The notes under the pieces were generated by a model that was given only the letters and a program-made list of their open reading frames with translations, searched no databases and was not told the origin of the DNA. The position numbers and the translations under genes were made by a program. Of a stretch of DNA of 64,000 bases, positions 56,369 to 64,000 are shown one piece after another (the stretch's first letter is position 1; every line of letters starts with the position of its first letter). Source of the DNA: Octopus sinensis (taxonomy: Eukaryota); the NCBI RefSeq assembly GCF_006345805.1, contig NC_043001.1, positions 74,648,001-74,712,000 on the forward strand. The letters run 5' to 3'.

Positions 56369-57666
56369 TCAATATTTCGTGTGACCACTGTGAGCGTTGA
56401 TTACCGTCACGTATCTTCTGTATATTGAATGCACCAAACAGTTGATGAAGGCCATGGGGATAGCAGCCCACATTCTTTTAAAACTTGCAGTGAGTTGTGC
56501 AGCATTTGTCGGCTTTGGACGGATATCATTTAGCCTTCTTTGGATTTCGTGCCACAGGTGCTCCATGGGGTTCAAGTCCGGACTTGGGGCAGGCCATGGC
56601 AGCGTCTAGATGTTGTGTTGTTGGAGGAAGTCTATTGTCAACCTGGCAGTATGGGCACGGGCGCCGTCTTGTTGGAAAACGTGATTCCCATGACAGGCAA
56701 AATATAGCACAATGTGAGGCTTCAACGCATGGTCGATGTAGCGAGCAGCAGTTACTCCTTTGCCCCGGCCGGTGCCGATGTTTTGGAAGTCCACCAGTCC
56801 AAGTTTCTGATTGAGTGCAATCCCGCCACATATCATGATAATCTGTCCTCCCCATGAGTTTCTCTCCACCACACAGCCATCAGCATAACGTTCACCCCTT
56901 CTTCTCCAAACCCTAGCTCTGCCATTGCCACAGAAATGCAATATCGACTTTCGTCAGGGAAGACTACAGTCCTCCACTACTGATATCGCCAGTTCTGACA
57001 TTTTTGAGCCCACTGCAGACAAGACAGATTGAAAAATCTCAGCCGGCGGCGAACTGTCTCTGCACAAATGGGTCTGTGATGAGTCCCTATGGTCTGCCTA
57101 GCTGATTCCGTTGCCTTCAGGAATCGGTCCTGCAAGTGATGTAGATGTAGGTGGTGATCTTGACGTGCCGTTGTAACCCTCGGTCGGTCACTGCGTAGAC
57201 GATCATCCATGCTGTTTATGGAAGTGTATCGTTCCCTCGGCCGCTCAATTGTCCGAGTACTGCAGTTCAAGTCATTAGCAATGACCCATGGACGTTGATC
57301 AGCATGGAGACGTCTGATGGCTTACTCCTTCTGATTTCGTGTCAGTCTTGGCATGCTTGCTGCGTTCGCGAAAAGAATGACAGGCTGGTAAATTTTAGTG
57401 CCTTTTATACCCAATGAGTCTACGTTTTGCACGTACATCCTGATTTTCATAAAGACGCGTTCGCGAGCATTACCATGTTCACGAAAAGTGAGCGTGTTCG
57501 AACCCTACATGCAATCCTTGTATTTTCAAAAGAGAGTGGTATTGTGGGTCAGTGACATCTTCCTAATGTCAAATTACCTAGAAATGTAATAAAATCCAGA
57601 TAATCTCAATATCGTGTGTGAAACAAATACTCTTTTACAGTGCAACGTTTCTTTTGTAGTTCAGTA
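56369..57666 (-). pseudogene. Tc1-family transposon with decayed transposase (ATG 57354 to TGA 56369)
   Basis: RVWRRRGERYA, FQQDGARAHTAR, SPDLNPMEHLW, HTKY; terminus TA|TACTGAACTACAAAAGAAACG; stops and frameshifts present. Confidence 0.9.
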
Positions 57667-58118
57667 TATAACCCAAGTCAGTCTTGGTAGAACAGATCTA
57701 TGATCAGTGATGTCCTAGCCGTTACTTTACCTTTTTCATTTCTAGTCACGTCTTTTCTGGGTATATATCATCTAATATATTCTTCCTGTTTTAAACCGGT
57801 AATATATGATCTGTTGAAAATTTGGTTGCTATTTTTCACAGATGGAGAAGCTGTATAGAGGCTTCTTTGACTGGGGTATATTCAGCAACTAAATAAATAC
57901 CTACCACTACATTTTCAAATAATGTCAAAACAAGAAATCGTTTAGATGTTGTGTATTCAGTAGGAGAGGTAACTGTATACAGGGAGAGGGAGGAAAACGA
58001 ACATATCTGGAAATGTCGATGGTTAAGATTCGTTTCAAGTTTATATTTTGAAAAACTTATGAATATTCCGATAAAAATCAGATAATTTATTGTTCCTAAT
58101 CTGTGAATTCCTTTGCAG

Positions 58119-58251
58119 TTTTGACCTCCACGCCATATTTGATGAGATCTACGGGTTATCGATATTCGGCACCGATGCAGAACCAATGAGTGTTTTGTCC
58201 ATGAATATTCCACAACCGACCAAAACACATGTCCTGTGGGGATTCAGTAAG
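58119..58251 (+). CDS. ACCS: ACCS-like exon (FDLHAIFDEIYGLSIFGTDAEPMSVLSMNIPQPTKTHVLWGFSK), carrying the PLP lysine
   Basis: GCAG| acceptor, AAG|GTAAAA donor, phase 2/0; DEIY and SK motifs. Confidence 0.95.
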
Positions 58252-58494
58252 GTAAAATACTTGAATATTGTTATAAGAAACTATTGTGTGATTCACAAGT
58301 TGAACTGTCTAAAGTAACTCCATTGATTGTAGTTGAGAGTCGTATTTGGGTAACATAGGATATTTGATATAGGTTGGGACGAAGGTTCGATGAGCACGAA
58401 ATATAATCTCCATGGAAACAAGTCTGCAGCATGAGATTTATTTACTTATTTATTTATTTATTTATTTATCTATTTATTTAATTATTCTTTAATT

Positions 58495-58714
58495 CTTTTA
58501 CTTGTTTCAATCATTTGACTGCGGCCACACTTGAGCAACGCGTTGAAAGATTTTAGTCAAACAAATCTACTCCAGGACTCATTTTTCAAGCCTGATACTT
58601 ATTCTATCGGTCTCTTTTACCGAACCGCTAAGTTACGGGAACATAAATACACCAACACCGGTTGCCAAGCGGTAATCGGGGGGACAAACTCAGACACAAA
58701 GACACACACACTTA

Positions 58715-58795
<81 letters not shown>

Positions 58796-58955
58796 CAGGC
58801 TTCTTTCGGTTTACGTCTACCAAATCCACTCACAAGACTTTGGTTGGCCCGAGGCTATAGTAGAAGACATTTGCTCAAGGCCCCACGCAGTGGGACTGAA
58901 CTTGGAGCCGTGTGGCTGAGAAGCAAGCTTCTTACCACACAGCCATGCCTGCGCA
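58495..58955 (-). mobile_element. SINE family B, full length with an internal (AT)n tract
   Basis: tcttttacttgtttc.. tail through ..cttaccacacagcc head; matches the other copies. Confidence 0.8.
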
Positions 58956-59356
58956 TATGAGCCACGCCTGCGCCTACGAGCTACGCCTGCTCCTATTTAT
59001 TTATTTTCTATCGCAATTGGTAAGCAGTAGAGCTGTTGGTCACAAGTTTCTAACTGACCAACCACTGTTTATCTCTATGTCAGACAGTAGTAATAGCAAA
59101 CAATTCAAGGGAATTTCGTAGTAAAGCACCAGTTTTTCTGGGTTTTCTTGCCAACGTTTATAGCCTTCTCCGATAACACACACGCACTTATACAAAAGTG
59201 GCTGAAATATTATCCAGTATTGATCCTTTACTATAGTTGTATAACTTCACATGTTTTATAGCGCTGAAAGATTTTTCTTTCGTGACGATGGTTTAAAGAT
59301 TAGGAAGATCTTTTGAAATACAGATATCAAAGGCAGTCTTATGTTTAAAGAATGTA

Positions 59357-59387
<31 letters not shown>

Positions 59388-59964
59388 CTTCTTCTTCTTC
59401 TTCTTCTTCTTCTTCTTCTTCTTCTTCTTCTTCTTCTTCTTCTTCTTCTTCTTCTTCTTCTTGTCGTTCAACTTTCTGTAAACTATAATCGGCCATTTCA
59501 AAAATTCGCTCCAAGCGTGACCATGTTGCCATATTTTAAAAGGGTATGATGACGCGGGACACTCCATCGTTTAATATATTCACTTTTATTTAAGACAACA
59601 ATAGTAACTTGAAAGCAATTTAGTTGCTATTTCTAGCAGGTCGAGTGACTAGATGCGGTTCCTTCATTGGTTAGTATGATAACTCCTTGTGAAGCTTACT
59701 TCAATATTTACTCAAAACTGAGAAAGCGATTGGCTCCAATAAAAAAGTAAAATAAAAAAACATTTGGTTATGTCAGAAGCACGGACTAGAAATCAATATA
59801 GCAGATCTGTTTTCACTTTAAACTTTTCCATTGAAGTAGGTTTCTGAGAAGGACATGACCAATTTGATACGTAATTTATTTATTTATTTACTTATTTATT
59901 TATTATTTATTTATTTATTTATTATTGTCAAAGGGTTAACCTATTGATTAATATTGTTTTGTAG

Positions 59965-60106
59965 GACTTGGCTTTGTCAGGTTTCCGATGTGGAGTACTG
60001 TACAGCCAAAACGACAAACTACTGAGTTTCATGCGTAAAGTGTCTTTCTACTCCGGAATATCCATGGTAGTTCAAAACTTGCTCACTCGTTTCATTGAAG
60101 ACATTG
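59965..60106 (+). CDS. ACCS: ACCS-like exon (DLALSGFRCGVLYSQNDKLLSFMRKVSFYSGISMVVQNLLTRFIEDI-D)
   Basis: TAG| acceptor, G|GTAAGT donor, phase 0/1; completes SK-DLxLxGFRxG. Confidence 0.95.
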
Positions 60107-61734
60107 GTAAGTTTGATGGTAAAATTTTTTAAGATTTTTGTTTTATAAATACGAGATTTTCCCTGACTTATGCATGTGTAGCCTACGTATCGTAGTGGTA
60201 ATTTTCAATAGTATTTATTGTAAAACCATCGAGCACTGAGATCGATGTAATCGACTAACCCCTCCCTCCCTCCCTCACCCAAAATTTCGGGCATTTTGCT
60301 TATAGAGGAAAGATTATTTCAAATCACTAAAGGAGCAGAGCTGGCTGAATTATTAGCACGTCGAGCAAAAATCCTTAGCGACGTTTCTTCAGACTTTTTA
60401 CGTTCTCAGTTCATATCCACCGAGGTTGACTTTGCCTTTCGTCCTTGCGCGGAATATTAAATAAGTACCAGTTGAGCACTGCATTCCATGTAATCGCCCC
60501 CCCCTCACTTCCCATCAAAATTGCTGACCTTGTGCCCAAAATTAACATCATTGTGTAACGATTACAAGGCGGCGAGCTGGCAGAATTGTTAGTACATCGG
60601 ACAAAATGTTTTACTGCATTTCATCCGGTCCTTTACATTCTGGATTCAAATTTCGTCGAGGTTGACTTTGCCTTCTATTCTTTCGGGGGTCGATGAAATA
60701 AGTACCATTTGAATACTGAGGCCTTGTGCCAATATCTCATTGGAAACCACATGTAATGAGGCTTTGAGAACATTAAAATATTCCGCAAAATATATCTGCT
60801 GCAATTATGACGTTTTAAATAGTATAATTATATACTTACTGCAATAAATATTAATTCTATAGAATTTGTTACAGGGCATGTTCCTGGAAATTACTGAACA
60901 GCTGCTTAATTATCTTTTAGAAATTTGTGCTTAACTTAACTCACGTTGTGTAATTGCTGTAATATACTATACACATTAATTGATACTGCTACGTCTAAAA
61001 AATATTCTTTTTCTCTTAAAAAACAAATAAATTATTATATACTTGCCCATAAAAAATATGTTTTAACAAAATTGTTATCCGTCATTTGACAGGTAACTTT
61101 GAAAGTACACTTTTGTCACTGTAAGATATATCAGGAAATATGGCATTCATGTAATAAATATAATTATAACTTTTATACAAAATGATGACAGGAATTCTAC
61201 TTTTCAAAATACCTTACCGTAAAATAAAATAAAATAAAGCAACATTCCATAGATAAAAAGAAATCAAAAAGAAAATTAATCTCCGTATTGATTTTATATA
61301 ATAGACGTTAGGCACACTCACCCTGTGTGTGTGTGTTCTTTATGATTCTTTCTCTGCTACTAAGTACCAGTCAAATACTGGAATAATGGTATTGACTAGT
61401 CACCTTCCCTGAAAAATTCTGGTCTTGTGCCTTAATTCGAAAATCAACCAGCATGTCATTTCGCGTGATATAGATTTTAGTTCTGGTTTATATTCAGGAG
61501 CTTTGGTTCACTTCTCTTCATGGAAATAATGAGCAACTGCTCTAAATAACATGATACCAGGACCGCTATATGATTTCAATAAATGACTAAATGAAGACAG
61601 ATTAGCTTCCTAGATCAGGGGTTCCAAACCATCGAACCGGGGACCAGTACTGGGCCGGTAATCGTTTGGCACCTTGTCGCACAGAAGAAAATAGCAAATT
61701 TTTACATTTTATATCCATATTATTGACTATCCTA

Positions 61735-62120
61735 CTCTCTTTTATTTTTTACTCTTTTACTTGTTTCAGTCATTTGACTGCGGCCATGTTGGAACACCGC
61801 CTTTAGTCGAGCAAATCGACCCCAGGGCTTATTCTTTGTAAGCCTAGTACTTATTCTATCGGTCTCTTTTGCCGAACTGCTATGTTGTGGGGACGTAAAC
61901 ACACCAGCATCGGTTGTCAAGCGATGTTGGGGGGAACAGACATATGCATATATACGACGGGCTTCTTTCAGTTTCCGTCTATCAAATCCACTCACAAGGC
62001 TTTGGTCGGCTCGAGGGTATAGTAGAAGACACTTGCCCAAAGGGCCACGCAGTGGGACTGAACCCGGAACACTGTGGTTGGTAAGCAAGCTACTTACCAC
62101 ACAGTCACTCCTGCGCCTGA
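61735..62120 (-). mobile_element. SINE family B, full length and young
   Basis: Clean copy of the family also seen at about 13950, 31120, 33840, 35695, 37740 and 54770. Confidence 0.85.
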
Positions 62121-62395
62121 GCGAAACCTGTTCGTGGCGCAAAGAAGATGAGGGATCGATGTTCTCCTTTATATAACTGGTTCAGCCAATTCGTTTCTTG
62201 CAATAAAATTTCCTTAGAATGACTTTAACTTTCATTTTTTTTTTTAATAAAATACTGACATATAAAGAACTGATGTTAATCCAAATTATAATTCTTTTTC
62301 TGAATGTTTCTCAGCCTTGTGTTCAGACCAAATATGTCTTTGATGTTATAATTTCATGCTTGCTTGTTGAAGTGAATGTTCAATTCAATTTACAG

Positions 62396-62538
62396 ACTGG
62401 TTTAAGAATATTTATTTCCCAACATTAAGAGAACGAATGAGCGAAACTTATGAAATGGCTGTGAGTCAACTAGAATCTAAGGGAGTAACAGTGTACCGTT
62501 CCAGTGGAGGGTTCTTCATTTGGGCAAACTTCTGTAAG
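62396..62538 (+). CDS. ACCS: ACCS-like exon (WFKNIYFPTLRERMSETYEMAVSQLESKGVTVYRSSGGFFIWANFCK); the gene continues beyond the window
   Basis: CAG| acceptor, AAG|GTGAGT donor, phase 1/0; GxFxW motif. Confidence 0.93.
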
Positions 62539-62701
62539 GTGAGTTATATATAAAAATAAAAATAATAATAAGTCATTTGTTATAGACACAGTGAAAGCAC
62601 GTGATGAAAATAAGACTACTGAATAATAATAACAATATTAATAATGATAATAATAATAATGATGATGATGATGATGATAATAATAATAATAATAATAATA
62701 A

Positions 62702-62733
<32 letters not shown>

Positions 62734-62759
62734 GATGAAGAAGAAGAAGAAGAAGAAAC

Positions 62760-63120
62760 AGATCAGTGCGAAAAACAGGATAACAGGTATCATCACTCTA
62801 ACCGTCCCAGTTATAAGTTACAGCTACAATATTCTTAACTGGACTCTAAATGAACTAATCAGAATAGACAGGAAAACGAGTAAACTAATGACAAGATTTA
62901 TGATGCACCACCCAAAATCTGACATAGAAAAGTTATATATACAACATATGGAAGGTGATAGATGCCTTAAACAGCTAGAAAACCACTACAAAATAACCAC
63001 CATAGGACTACAGACCTACTTGAGAAGCAAAGAAAACTATTACAAATAGCCACAAAATAAAACTCTGTTTTCTGTCGTTAAGGAAATACAAAAATACAAA
63101 AAAGAAGTCATAGTACCTAT
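62760..63120 (+). pseudogene. Dong/R4 LINE fragment
   Basis: PVISYSYNILNWTLNELIRIDRKT.KLM...MHHPKSDIEKLYI. Confidence 0.7.
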
Positions 63121-64000
63121 CATCATCATTGTTCGACCGTGGTCGAGACAATGGAATTTACCATGCTACGCCAGACTTCACGGTCCATCATGGCATTACG
63201 GAGGTCCTGTTGCTGGATGCCTGTATCCCTGGAGATTACATCAGGGTAGGAGAGTGTGCGCCCTCTGGTATTGCGAGTAGATGGCTTCCAGAGGAGAAGA
63301 GTAGAAATTACCTCTTTTTCAGCTCTACAACAATGTCCAGCAAACTGGACTCTCTTACACTCCACAAGAGATGACAAAGGTGGTAGTTTCCCATATATTT
63401 GCATTTTGGTTGGATGGCGCTTCCACGAGAGATTTTGAGCTCTCATAAGGAGGCAAGTGTAGGTTCCATCCAACCGCCTCTCAAGCTTCTTTGATAACGT
63501 CCAGGTTTCTGAGCCATATAGTAGAATTGGTTCGACTGTAGCTTTGAAGATTTCAAGTTTGAAGTCTCTACTTAGATTTGATGACCAGATCTTATGAATG
63601 TCATTACAGGCTGATCAGGCCATACCCTTTCTAGTTAGAAAGTCTTTTCCCGATGATAATATGTATGACCCAAGATATTTGTAATCAGAAACCATATTTA
63701 AGGGCGCATTGTTGAAATAAAACCAAGAAGAGACAGAGGCTTGGGTCAATGTTCGTGGTGGCATGGCGAGACCCATTCCTGTAGAGAATGGTATTAAGCA
63801 GGGTGACATCCTTGCCCCCAACTCCCTTTTTTTTGTACTTTGCTGCTGCTTTTACTCATGCTTTTGCTAAGGTTAGCTCTCTGGGAACATATGTTAAGTA
63901 GCGATCTTCTGGCCGCCTCTTCAATCTTATTCGTCACCTCCTTTATGCAGATGACTGTGACTTAGTCACTCATACAGTGGATGACATGCAAATATTTATC
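63121..64000. pseudogene. RTE-clade LINE fragments (minus-strand 3' end 63121-63720; plus-strand RT fragment 63720-64000)
   Basis: Minus strand: DYKYLGS, DGTYTCLLMRAQNLSWK..FAGHCCR. Plus strand: GIKQGDILAP and HLLYADDCDL. Confidence 0.75.

Overview
AT-rich, microsatellite-dense eukaryotic (animal) genomic DNA. The repeat landscape (several tRNA-derived SINE families, Dong/R4, RTE, CR1 and Tx1 LINE relics, Penelope-like palindromes) resembles an Octopus/coleoid cephalopod genome; this is inference. Almost all listed ORFs are microsatellite or transposon artefacts. The one gene I can reconstruct is a spliced + strand fold-type I PLP enzyme of the animal ACC-synthase-like (ACCS/ACCSL) family. 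It has 11 phase-compatible exons from 33691 to 62538, including NPNNPTG, DEIY and the WGFSK|DLALSGFRCG PLP-lysine motif, a probable first coding exon at 22681-22756, and it continues past the window end. The most unusual signals are: (1) Penelope-like terminal repeats that join a tRNA-like Pol III head to a minimal type I hammerhead ribozyme, plus several other hammerhead motifs; (2) a SINE that forms multimers with an identical tail-to-internal junction at three loci and shares its 3' tail with a Tx1-like LINE; (3) a CpG-rich, hairpin-rich island at 33.0-33.4 kb; (4) a near-perfect ~511-bp triplication around a CR1 3' end. All calls were made by eye and none was verified by database search.
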